Both the position numbers and the translations under genes were made by a program. Under the pieces are notes generated by a model. That model saw only the letters and a list, made by a program, of their open reading frames with translations. It searched no databases and was not told the origin of the DNA. 64,000 nt of DNA from Smithella sp. (GTDB lineage: Bacteria; Desulfobacterota; Syntrophia; Syntrophales; Smithellaceae): positions 6,466 to 70,465 of the forward strand of contig JBKQWB010000014.1 of assembly GCA_052139735.1 (NCBI GenBank), written 5' to 3'. Positions 46,433 to 55,780 of this stretch are shown here, piece after piece; the stretch's first letter is position 1; every line of letters starts with the position of its first letter.

Positions 46433-48589
46433 TTATAGTTTCAACCCTTTTTTGATCTTATCCATCATATACTTTTCGGTGTCATCGCAAGTACCGTCGA
46501 CCTGGCACAGCCTGCGGGCGATGCTCAACGCTTCCATACGATCGTCTTTGTTCTTGATCAGCACTGATAGGGCTTCAATAGCCCTATCTTCATTCGCCTG
46601 CAGAAGGGCAGTCTGCTCATGCATGATTTTTTTGAATGTTGACGGACGTATTTTGCTTAATATCTTGTGTGTTTTGGCGATTTTATCAGCGATTTCAAAA
46701 TGCAGCCGTTTAATGTCCTTGCTGGCGTTTGCCACAGCCATGAATATACGGATCAGTCCTGCTGCATGACCTCCTTCTTCCATAGCCTGAAGTCGCTTAT
46801 CGTAATCGGCTCTTTCATGTTCCGGCACATTTACGACCGGTTCTGTTTCGCGCGGCGAGAAGAAAAGCTGCAGCCAGTCGCTTCCATAAATCTGTCGAAA
46901 CAATAGTTCCTGGCTAAGATCACGGTAATCGCGATAAATGTTAAGCATGGTTTCGATGTGTCCGGCAAGATCTTTTTCCGTAGCCGAAAACGGATTATCA
47001 ACCGAGGCGGGCTTGCGGTTCCGGCGCACGACAGGTGCAAAATTGTTAATTGTGCGCATCAAAGGATTGATGTCGGCAAATAAATATCTTTGCATCCGCA
47101 GGGGATGCAGGTAGCGGATGATTTCCGCGGAAAGTTCCGTAGTCCAGAATTTTACCCAGGGACGCATCAGAAGCTGATAAATGTTGTCGTTGGCCTCTGA
47201 TACTTTGGCAACGACGCTGAAATCCGTTTCTTCCGTTATGCCATCGCCATAGGCGGCAATGTCGGTAAATGTGCGCGGTTCAAATTGCGTGGAAAATTTT
47301 CCGCTTATGACATCTCCTTCAATAACCATTTCATAGAGTCCGGGTGGTAGAAAATCAATCATGTCAAAGTTGCCGATAATTTGTTTATGTTCTTTCTTGG
47401 CGACGGAACCGGCGACGAAAATGCCCAAGTGGCCGATATCCTTGTGAACGATGTAAATAATGACCTGTCCGTGCCGTTTAATGTCTTCCACGGAGTCGTA
47501 AACACGGGGAATCCAGTAGAGTGCCTGCTGGGCCGGCGCGATGTTGTCGCCGAGCGACGCAAAGACCAGAATCGGACTTTCAATATTTTTAAGGCTGAGC
47601 TTCTGCCCCTCACGCAGCTCCAACTCGCCGCGCTCCAGCTTATTGCCGACAAAAAGATTGCGGACGATATAATGAATCTCATCGGTATTCATCATAAAGA
47701 ATCCGCCCCACCATTTTTCAAAGCCGAGATAGCGCTCCTCCTCCGTGTCCACTTGAGAATACACATTATACTGCTTTGTCCAGTATGTATTGGCCGGATT
47801 CAAAAGCTCCATGTTCAAAACCAGATTCGCGCCGTCAAACACGCCATTACCCAGATCGCTGAAAAATGAATTGACCCACACGCCGCCTAAGAGTCCTCCC
47901 CTGTAGCGCATGGGATTAATACCCGCAACACCGCTCCAGTAAGACAAGGGTGCGCCGTTTAGCACCAGTGGTCCCGCAATTCCCGGCTTGTCCGCACAGG
48001 CCAGAGCGGCTGCCCATCCTGCCTGGCAGTTGCCAATGATGGCCGGCGCATCGGCGTGGGGATTTAATTCGACAACCTTCTCAAAGAATATTTCCATGGC
48101 CTCAATGACATCAGGCAGGGTTTGGCCGGGGATAGGATCTGTGTAAAATAGGATGAAATAAACCGGGTGGCCGTAATCCAGAGCCATGCCGATTTCCGAG
48201 TCGCGTTTGGACCCCCCGATACCCGGGCCATGACCGGCGCGCGGATCAATGATCACGATGGGCCTTTTGGGTTTGATCGGACGCTTTCCGATTTTTTGAC
48301 GGTACTTACCGTCATCTAACGGTAAATCTTTACTACGGCGTTCCGAAATTCTGACCAGCGCGTAATTGGAGGGATGCTTAAAAGTCTTGGCATTGAGGAT
48401 CAGCTCATAATTAAATGCCAGCACCGGCGGCTGGCCGCTACGGATATGCTTGATATAGTTGTTGCCTCTTTTGCGGAGAATATCCGTAAAAATAATCGAC
48501 CGCTGAACGGAATCCACGATGTATTCGCTCAGATATTTTTGCCAATCGGACCATTGCTGAATATGCTTATTATCAGGTAGTGTTTCCAT
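46433..48589 (-). CDS. DUF3141-type alpha/beta-fold protein with PhaC-like Cys/Asp/His motif contexts
   Basis: IIGNCQAGWAA (C192), FASLGDNIAPA (D352) and DIGHLGIFVAG (H391). About 720 aa. ATG 48589 is preferred over the ORF-track TTG 48601. Confidence 0.6.
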   Translation of the reverse strand: METLPDNKHIQQWSDWQKYLSEYIVDSVQRSIIFTDILRKRGNNYIKHIRSGQPPVLAFNYELILNAKTFKHPSNYALVRISERRSKDLPLDDGKYRQKIGKRPIKPKRPIVIIDPRAGHGPGIGGSKRDSEIGMALDYGHPVYFILFYTDPIPGQTLPDVIEAMEIFFEKVVELNPHADAPAIIGNCQAGWAAALACADKPGIAGPLVLNGAPLSYWSGVAGINPMRYRGGLLGGVWVNSFFSDLGNGVFDGANLVLNMELLNPANTYWTKQYNVYSQVDTEEERYLGFEKWWGGFFMMNTDEIHYIVRNLFVGNKLERGELELREGQKLSLKNIESPILVFASLGDNIAPAQQALYWIPRVYDSVEDIKRHGQVIIYIVHKDIGHLGIFVAGSVAKKEHKQIIGNFDMIDFLPPGLYEMVIEGDVISGKFSTQFEPRTFTDIAAYGDGITEETDFSVVAKVSEANDNIYQLLMRPWVKFWTTELSAEIIRYLHPLRMQRYLFADINPLMRTINNFAPVVRRNRKPASVDNPFSATEKDLAGHIETMLNIYRDYRDLSQELLFRQIYGSDWLQLFFSPRETEPVVNVPEHERADYDKRLQAMEEGGHAAGLIRIFMAVANASKDIKRLHFEIADKIAKTHKILSKIRPSTFKKIMHEQTALLQANEDRAIEALSVLIKNKDDRMEALSIARRLCQVDGTCDDTEKYMMDKIKKGLKL

Positions 48590-48828
48590 AAATATTCTCA
48601 AAGCGCCTTAGCCCGACCTGTACAACATGATTAGCAACTTGCGGCTGATCGATAGAGGTAATATATAGTATCATTCCGAAGCCGAGCTTATAGACCGCTA
48701 TTGCCGCATCAGGATAGTGAGACTTTCCGCCGAGGTAAAGCTTTTACACTATAGGCAAAGCATTCCTTATGGCTGTTGATTCTGTGATGCAATCGATAAT
48801 CTCCTCAATCAGTAGGGTGCACAGACAC

Positions 48829-49293
48829 TTATTTCTTCTGCTTCCCTGCAATAGAGAAAAAGTCTTTCATGTGACTCATGTTCTCATCGGCATATTTCTT
48901 GAATTCGTCATAGCCTTTTTTATACATATTAGTCAATTCTTCTGTGGCTTTCTTGAAATCCTGGGGCATCCAGTTTGCCTGGTTTAAGAAAGTATTAAAC
49001 ATCATTTCGTTTTGATCCTTAAACATGTTTTTTGGGTCGGAGTTTAAAAATGCTTCTATCTTAGAGTGTCCCTCATCCAAGGCCTTCTTGAAATCGTCAC
49101 GACCCTTCTTGTACACATCGAACCACTGGTTCATAACCTTTCTGCCCTCATCTCCCATACCGGGGTTATTGTCGATGAAAGTCTTCAAAAGTTTTTCCGC
49201 CTGATCATGAAATATGGCCATTGTTGAAAAGCTGTTATCAAGTGCTGCCTTGTGTAAATCCATAATCTGTTTAACCATTTGCTTGTTTTCCAT
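48829..49293 (-). CDS. Phasin-like protein, internally duplicated (154 aa)
   Basis: The N-terminus MENKQMVKQIMDLHKAALDNSFSTMAIF is paralogous to ORFs 55449..55709 and 55781..56071. The module KKG(R/Y)D(D/E)FKK...(F/F)L occurs twice. Confidence 0.5.
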   Translation of the reverse strand: MENKQMVKQIMDLHKAALDNSFSTMAIFHDQAEKLLKTFIDNNPGMGDEGRKVMNQWFDVYKKGRDDFKKALDEGHSKIEAFLNSDPKNMFKDQNEMMFNTFLNQANWMPQDFKKATEELTNMYKKGYDEFKKYADENMSHMKDFFSIAGKQKK

Positions 49294-49498
49294 TGTTCCC
49301 TCCTTTTTTTGTAAAAAATATTGTTTTGATCATTTCATTACATTTTAAAAATCTTCTATATGTTCAATATTAATCCACTAAATACTAAATAGCAATGAGA
49401 ATAGAATAATAGATAATTGGCAGGTAAAAACTACTACCTGTGTAATACTATTGGCCGCAAGGCCGCTTTATCATCTTCCCACCTAAAATTTTTAATAT

Positions 49499-51352
49499 CT
49501 ACAATTTTTTTGACCGCATTCGGACCGGCTGACGTTTTTTGTTCAGAGGAACCGGTTGATTTAGTGATGGTTCCTGATAAAAATCTTCGACCAAGACAAG
49601 GTATTCAGCAAGCAATTTACGGCTGACGACAAAAATATGCCCGATATTTTTCTCAATTGTCCGATTGAGGCCTTCGCAGGTGAACTTGACATTACTTTTA
49701 TCCACCTGTCCCCATGTCTCACCAGCCACGCAAGAACCCGCAGGCGCTATGGGATCTCTTGAACCTTTGTAATCAAAAATTCTGACCCCCGCTTGTTTCA
49801 ATATGGACATATTGACCGGCTTTCCATCGAATTTAGGATTGGTTGAGGGAAGACAATATGTTCCTTCATAAATTTGATTGCCCATGAATATATTTTGAAT
49901 CCACTGAATATGAGCGCTTACAGGGAATTTAGTTCCATGTGTCAGCCAGTAAAGAAAAGGCGCTGCATCTATAATCGATTCTTTTGTTTCCGCGCGTCCA
50001 TAAAAACCTAAAACAACCGAATATTGCACTCCTAGCTGTATTTCATTCATACCCGATTCAATGACCTGCGGAGGAATATTAACCGAGCCGAAGAGTTCTT
50101 TCATCAGGTAGGGATCATAATCGCGACGGATGAGTGAGCGAATCGGGAAATGACCGCTGTCTTCATCATCAAACTTCACCGGTGAAGCCAATAGAGCTAT
50201 TTTCTTTATATCCATCGGTTTGCCGGCAGCGAAAAGCTCTTCCGCTCGCCTGGCAAGATAAGGCAACATAAGTGTGCCGCCCATGCAATATGCCATTACA
50301 TATATTTCGCTCAGTGGATGCCTCTTTTTGATTATGTCGAAATAAAGATCAGGAATTGTTTTCCCATAAAAATCAAGTCCCAACTCGGTTTCCTCCCAGC
50401 CCGGATCACCGTGATCAACCATATAAATGACATAACCGTTTTTAAGTAAAGCTTCGATCACAGACTTGCCGAGAGCAAGGTCGAAAAGTTCGGGTTTGTT
50501 AATGAGCGGTGTCGCCATATATATAATTTTGCCGTTGGGTTTAATGCCTTGAGGAATCGTATAATGACGCAAACTCACTTGATGAATTTTTGATCCTTCG
50601 ACATATTCATAAGCTGAAAAACCAATATTGCCGGATGTTGCTCTTTCGGAATATTCTTTGATGTCAAAAGCGTTGGCGTCATAAAGATTTTCCAGACGGA
50701 CGCGATTTTCCGCAAGGTATTCATCAAAAGAATTGATCAATGTTCCATCCGGATTTTTTTTGGCGAAAGGCAAATAACCATTGGCGAAAGTTTGTTCCGT
50801 GATCAAAACCACCAGGCACTTTAAGAGCTCTTTCATAGCTTTGAGGCGCGTCAACCCGATATTATTGTATTGATATTCCAACTGGGAAAACTCATCCATA
50901 TAGTTTTTTAAAAATTCTTTACCTTTTGACGTCGTGCAAATCATCCTAGCTTTTTCCCGATTGAATTTTCCGTCTTTAATGAAAAAACCGGTTAAAGTAT
51001 AAAGAATCCGGGAATAGCTTTTGTATATCCAACCGTTCATATCGGCAATGGCGTCAGGATTTCTGGAAGCTCCGACGGCCAGGCGCGCGCTGGCTTTAAC
51101 GTGCCGCAGCATCGAGTCAAGTATCGCGCTTTGCCATAACGCTGCGATTGTAAAGGGCCCGAATATCCACATCTCCTTGCTGACGGAATCAAGGGCTCTT
51201 TTATAATCGAATAAACTTCTGATCTGCTGGCCGATTAATTTGCTTTTCCAGGGCAGGGCTGTCGAAAGGTTTTCCGTATTATCGGCAGGAGAAAAACTGA
51301 ATACATTCATTAGTTCATCCGGTGTGATCTTAGTGATATTTTCATTAAGCAT
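49499..51352 (-). CDS. Long PhaC-like alpha/beta hydrolase (putative second PHA synthase)
   Basis: 617 aa. Cys lipase box VMAYCMGGT, KGSRDPIAPAG and NIGHIFVVS. About 330 aa precede the Cys box. Basic tail ...NKKRQPVRMRSKKL. Confidence 0.6.
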   Translation of the reverse strand: MLNENITKITPDELMNVFSFSPADNTENLSTALPWKSKLIGQQIRSLFDYKRALDSVSKEMWIFGPFTIAALWQSAILDSMLRHVKASARLAVGASRNPDAIADMNGWIYKSYSRILYTLTGFFIKDGKFNREKARMICTTSKGKEFLKNYMDEFSQLEYQYNNIGLTRLKAMKELLKCLVVLITEQTFANGYLPFAKKNPDGTLINSFDEYLAENRVRLENLYDANAFDIKEYSERATSGNIGFSAYEYVEGSKIHQVSLRHYTIPQGIKPNGKIIYMATPLINKPELFDLALGKSVIEALLKNGYVIYMVDHGDPGWEETELGLDFYGKTIPDLYFDIIKKRHPLSEIYVMAYCMGGTLMLPYLARRAEELFAAGKPMDIKKIALLASPVKFDDEDSGHFPIRSLIRRDYDPYLMKELFGSVNIPPQVIESGMNEIQLGVQYSVVLGFYGRAETKESIIDAAPFLYWLTHGTKFPVSAHIQWIQNIFMGNQIYEGTYCLPSTNPKFDGKPVNMSILKQAGVRIFDYKGSRDPIAPAGSCVAGETWGQVDKSNVKFTCEGLNRTIEKNIGHIFVVSRKLLAEYLVLVEDFYQEPSLNQPVPLNKKRQPVRMRSKKL

Positions 51353-51534
51353 ATTTTAATCCCTCCATGATCTAACAAAATATCTCCGCCGATTAAGTTT
51401 CATAATACGAAATTATTACAAGGAATTCAGTAAAGAATATTGACAAATACGATCCTAGTTATTAATATTAAGCATAATTACTTAACAGTCAAGAGGTACT
51501 TTCTTCAATAGTATTTTTCGACGTGAGGTGAAAA

Positions 51535-52446
51535 ATGACTGAGGAAGACAAACAATCTCCGTTTAAAGAACCTTCCGTTTTCCCATGGTTACAGACAGCC
51601 GTGAACATGTGGTTTGATATGGCTAAAGCAATGCCATCCAATTCGGATTCTGCCCTCGGTACACCAACCGCAATACAGAACCGCTTCACGAAGCAGTTGG
51701 ATACAAATTTACATCTGCTCAAATCTTTTTCCCGGATGATAAGTGAGCCGGAATCCGCCCCAGCGGTGGCCAATTCCTTCATTGCTCTGCCTGAAATTCT
51801 CTTTAAAATGGCCAAATCAGGTTTTGACGTAGCTCTTCAAATACAAAATCATTTGATAGAAAAAGCAGGTAAGATCGGTAAAAGCACTGAAGCGTATAAA
51901 TTCGACAATCTGGATCAGGAAGTATTTGAATCGCTGAAGGATGTTTACGAAAAAGAATTGCGGCAGTACCTTAAAATTCCTCCTCTGGGACCTACCCGTT
52001 TTTATCAGGAACGATTCAATGAAATGCTGGATAAGTACAATCTCTTTGAAACTATGCTGGCTGAATTTTTTTCCGTCCTTTATTTACCGATGGAAAAGTC
52101 TTTCAAAGTTTTTCAGGAGAAACTCCAGCAGATGGCCGAAGAAGGGAATCTTCCCAAGGAAACAAAAGAAAGTTACGCGATATGGATAAAGATTCTGGAA
52201 GGCCATTACGTCAATCTGTTTAAATCCAAGGAATACACTGATGTGCTGCATCGTACGCTCAATCAGATGAATGATTTCATCATTGTCAGGAATAAAACCT
52301 TGGAAGATTTTTTCCAATTGTTGCCTATTGTGACGCATAAAGAAATTGATGATTTATACAAGGAGTTCCACTTGCTTAAAAAGAGGGTAAAAGAACTCGA
52401 AAAACGACTTGATATTTCGCCGAACACTCTGAATGTCGTTAAGTAA
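51535..52446 (+). CDS. phaE: Class III PHA synthase subunit PhaE (putative)
   Basis: 303 aa, immediately upstream of class III phaC. Helical and coiled-coil-rich, with no catalytic motif. SD GAGGTG. The call rests mainly on position and size. Confidence 0.6.
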   Translation: MTEEDKQSPFKEPSVFPWLQTAVNMWFDMAKAMPSNSDSALGTPTAIQNRFTKQLDTNLHLLKSFSRMISEPESAPAVANSFIALPEILFKMAKSGFDVALQIQNHLIEKAGKIGKSTEAYKFDNLDQEVFESLKDVYEKELRQYLKIPPLGPTRFYQERFNEMLDKYNLFETMLAEFFSVLYLPMEKSFKVFQEKLQQMAEEGNLPKETKESYAIWIKILEGHYVNLFKSKEYTDVLHRTLNQMNDFIIVRNKTLEDFFQLLPIVTHKEIDDLYKEFHLLKKRVKELEKRLDISPNTLNVVK

Positions 52447-52471
52447 CCAGTCTTCTTAAATTTGGTGGTCA

Positions 52472-53710
52472 ATGACCAAAGATTTTAGGAGTGAAGATTT
52501 TCTTATGAATTCATCAAAAATTCCTCTAGATTTGATACTGGAAAGAATGGCCGAAGATGCGGAAAAGGCGCAGCAGCGCGTTTCCAAAGCATCCGAAGTT
52601 TTACAGGGTAATCTCAATTATGAACTCGGCTCAACACCGTATGAAATTGTGTATGAAGAAGACCGGGTCAAAGTTAAGCATTATTTTCGCAATGAAACTG
52701 CTGACAATAAGTTGAAAGTTCCACTGTTGGTGGTTTATGCGCTGATCAACCGCGAAACCATGTTGGATTTACAGCCGGACAGAAGCGTTGTCAAAACTTT
52801 TCTGGAAGGAGGCATCGATCTATATATGGTGGACTGGGGATACCCCAAGCGCAAAGACCGCTTTTTAACGATTGACGATCATGTCAACGGCTACATGAAT
52901 AATATCGTAGATTTCATCCGTAAAAAACATAGTATCCCCAAAATCAACCTGATGGGCATATGCATGGGTGGTACATTTAGCGTCATGTATGCCGCGCTTC
53001 ATCCCGATAAAATAAAAAATATTATCACCACTGTTACACCATCGAGCTTTGACACGGACAAGGGTCTTCTGCATATCTGGATGAAAGATATCGACGTGGA
53101 TCGGATGATTCGGACATTCGGCAATATTCCCGGCGATCTGATGAATTTAGGATTTCTTCTGCTCAATCCCGCACGCCTGATGATAGACAAATACGTCGGT
53201 TTTATGGAAAATATGGACAACAAGGATTTTGTGGAAAACTTCGTGAGGATGGAACGCTGGATTTTTGACAGTCCCGACGTTCCCGGAGAAACTTTTCGTC
53301 AGTTTGTCGAAGACTGCTACAAGAATAATTTGTTGATTCAAAGCAAGATGTTTCTGGACGGCAAGCGCATTGATTTAAAGAAACTAACCATGCCGCTTTT
53401 GAATTTTTTTGGCGAGTATGACCACCTGGTGCCGCCTACGGCCTGCGAAAAGCTGTCCAAAGCGGTTGGAAGCGAGGATGTGGAGGATGTTAAGCTGGAA
53501 ACAGGACACATCGGCATTTATGTGAGTTCTAAATTCCAGAAATTATTCGCGCCTAAAATTGTCCAGTGGCTGAAAGATCGCGATAAGGAAGATATTGTCG
53601 CTTCGAAGACGGAATTCAAGCGACCGACTGTAAGGAAAAAGTCTGCTAAAGAAGAAAAAATAATCAAAAGCGCTAAAAATAATCAATCAGAAACCGCGCA
53701 GGAAATATAA
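52472..53710 (+). CDS. phaC: Class III poly(3-hydroxyalkanoate) synthase PhaC
   Basis: Near-collinear with the Allochromatium vinosum PhaC sequence as I remember it. Matching stretches are PLLVVYALINR, DLYMVDWGYP, INLMGICMGGTFS, RMERWIFDSPDVPGETFRQF, EYDHLVPP and TGHIGIYVS. It has an extra ~45-aa Lys-rich tail. Confidence 0.9.
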   Translation: MTKDFRSEDFLMNSSKIPLDLILERMAEDAEKAQQRVSKASEVLQGNLNYELGSTPYEIVYEEDRVKVKHYFRNETADNKLKVPLLVVYALINRETMLDLQPDRSVVKTFLEGGIDLYMVDWGYPKRKDRFLTIDDHVNGYMNNIVDFIRKKHSIPKINLMGICMGGTFSVMYAALHPDKIKNIITTVTPSSFDTDKGLLHIWMKDIDVDRMIRTFGNIPGDLMNLGFLLLNPARLMIDKYVGFMENMDNKDFVENFVRMERWIFDSPDVPGETFRQFVEDCYKNNLLIQSKMFLDGKRIDLKKLTMPLLNFFGEYDHLVPPTACEKLSKAVGSEDVEDVKLETGHIGIYVSSKFQKLFAPKIVQWLKDRDKEDIVASKTEFKRPTVRKKSAKEEKIIKSAKNNQSETAQEI

Positions 53711-53763
53711 ATTATTATTCATCCAAAAAATGCGAAAACGTTATAAAAAAGGGAGATAAGAAT

Positions 53764-54813
53764 ATGTCAACGCAAGAAGGATATTTTCGCAGTTTAAGTA
53801 AATTAATTCGTGAACTGGCCGCGACAGATGATCAGGACAGAATGCTCAACTTGATTGTTTCTGCGGCGGTGGCAACATTGAAAGCCAAGGCGGCAGTCAT
53901 TTTCCTGAATGAGGAGGATTCACAGGATTCCATACGCAATGTCGCGGTGGCCCAGATCGGACTTTCCGAAAAGTACATCCACGCGGGAACAGCTCACGCC
54001 GTTAAGATCAGTCCGCAATTGCTTAGAGATGGTTATATGTATTTTAGGGACGCCACAACAGATAAGCGGCTGATGAATCATAAAGCGAAAAAAGCGGAAG
54101 GTATCGGCTCAATTTTGTCATTGCCCGTCATGGATAAAGGCCAAATGCTGGGTATCCTCAGTCTCTACACCAAAAATATCCGCAAATTCACAAAAGAAGA
54201 AATAGATTTTCTGTTCATTTTGGCCGAACTGGGCGGCGCCGCAATTGAAAACGCCAACCTGATCCGAAAACTGCGCAATCACTCACAGATATTTCTGAAA
54301 CTAGCCGCGAGCATATCATCAAGTCTTGATGTCAAAACTATTTTGCAAACCATGACTCAGGATCTGGTAAAAGATCTAAATATCAAAGCTGCTTCAGTAA
54401 GACTTCTGGACGAAAATACACGCACAGTGAAGATGGTTGCGAGTTTCGGTTTAAGCGAAAAATATCTCAACAAAGGGCCGATTATGGTGGATAGAAACAT
54501 CGGGAAAGCCCTCAGAGGAGATATCATCGCCATTAAAAATGTATTTGAGGACGATGGAATCCAATATAAGAAAGAAAAAAAAGAAGAAGGCATTGTGTCC
54601 TTGCTTTATGTTCCGATTAAATCAAAGGACAATGTCATCGGCGTGCTGAATGTATATAGCAGCCGACCAAAGGAATTCACCGAAGATGAAGTCCTTCTGG
54701 TGACCGCTTTGGCCTATCAGGGTGGACTGGCCATAAACAACGCCTGCATGTATATGACGGTGCAGGACGATGTAAAGGATTTGAAGGAGAATATCTATAA
54801 AAGCTGGTTTTAA
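53764..54813 (+). CDS. Tandem GAF-domain protein without recognisable output domain
   Basis: 349 aa. There are two units of ~160 aa, each ending in a ...LAELGGAAIENANL / ...LAYQGGLAINNACM type helix. No kinase, HTH, GGDEF or HD motifs. Confidence 0.6.
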   Translation: MSTQEGYFRSLSKLIRELAATDDQDRMLNLIVSAAVATLKAKAAVIFLNEEDSQDSIRNVAVAQIGLSEKYIHAGTAHAVKISPQLLRDGYMYFRDATTDKRLMNHKAKKAEGIGSILSLPVMDKGQMLGILSLYTKNIRKFTKEEIDFLFILAELGGAAIENANLIRKLRNHSQIFLKLAASISSSLDVKTILQTMTQDLVKDLNIKAASVRLLDENTRTVKMVASFGLSEKYLNKGPIMVDRNIGKALRGDIIAIKNVFEDDGIQYKKEKKEEGIVSLLYVPIKSKDNVIGVLNVYSSRPKEFTEDEVLLVTALAYQGGLAINNACMYMTVQDDVKDLKENIYKSWF

Positions 54814-54880
54814 ATTAAAAGCTTAAATATTGTATTTTATTTGCCGATATCATTAACGCCTATCGGGAGGAAATATTGTC

Positions 54881-55312
54881 ATGATTGCAGGAAAAAATAT
54901 TGATCAGATTAAGGTAGGGGATACGGCGGAATTCGCCAAAACAATAACAGAAACAGATATCTATTTGTATGCGGGTATAACCGGTGATTTTAACCCGGCG
55001 CATGTTAATGAGGTCTACGCGAAAAACACTTTTTTTAAAACCCGTATCGCGCACGGTATGCTCACGGCAGGATTAATCTCTGCCATTATCGCCAATCAAT
55101 TGCCCGGTCCGGGAACCATCTATCTGAAACAGGACTTGAGTTTTCTCGCACCGGTGCATATCGGCGACACCATTACCGGAAGGGTTGAAATTATGGAGTT
55201 GATACCGGAAAAAAATCGCGTCCGGTTAAAAACAACCTGCAGTAATCAGGACGGCGTGATTGTTATTTCAGGAGAAGGACTTGTCAGCCCGCCAAAAGCG
55301 CCAAAATCTTAA
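54881..55312 (+). CDS. phaJ: MaoC-like (R)-specific enoyl-CoA hydratase
   Basis: 143 aa. Hydratase motif YAGITGDFNPAHV and a hotdog fold. Confidence 0.8.
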   Translation: MIAGKNIDQIKVGDTAEFAKTITETDIYLYAGITGDFNPAHVNEVYAKNTFFKTRIAHGMLTAGLISAIIANQLPGPGTIYLKQDLSFLAPVHIGDTITGRVEIMELIPEKNRVRLKTTCSNQDGVIVISGEGLVSPPKAPKS

Positions 55313-55394
55313 TCGATATTTATTTCATTATGAAGTGAGAAATCCTTAAAGATTCCTCAAACGCCTTCGGCGGATTCGTAATGACATTTACAAT

Positions 55395-55430
55395 AAAAAA
55401 GCCACCGTGGTAAATTGCGGCGGCTTTTTT
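55395..55430. terminator. Bidirectional rho-independent terminator between phaJ and the phasin-like gene
   Basis: The sequence is A6, then GCCACCG, a 10-nt loop, CGGCGGC, then T6. The stem has one A/C mismatch. Confidence 0.6.
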
Positions 55431-55448
55431 AAAAAGATATAAAATCTT

Positions 55449-55709
55449 TTACTTTGACTCAAAAAAAACTTCCACTTTTTTGAAATTCTCATCGGCGGAC
55501 GCCTTAAAATCTTCACGGCCTTTATTACATGTTTGAATCCAGTCTTTTACTGCCTTCTTGCCTTCCTCCGGGAAAAAAGCCGCCTGTTCCATCATGGTGT
55601 TCACCATTTTTTGAGTCTGATCCTGAATAACGGACATCGCCTCAAATGAGTTATCAAATGCTGTTTTGCTAAAATCGACCATTTGCTTCGAAATTTTTTT
55701 GGGGTCCAT
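55449..55709 (-). CDS. Phasin-like protein (86 aa)
   Basis: MDPKKISKQMVDFSKTAFDNSFEAMSVIQDQ... SD GGAGG lies 6 nt before ATG 55709. Confidence 0.5.
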   Translation of the reverse strand: MDPKKISKQMVDFSKTAFDNSFEAMSVIQDQTQKMVNTMMEQAAFFPEEGKKAVKDWIQTCNKGREDFKASADENFKKVEVFFESK

Positions 55710-55780
55710 AGTTTCCTCCAAGTTATATTTATTTTTATTGCCCTGTTTTATTTTAGACCTTATTGTAATTTACTCTTTAT

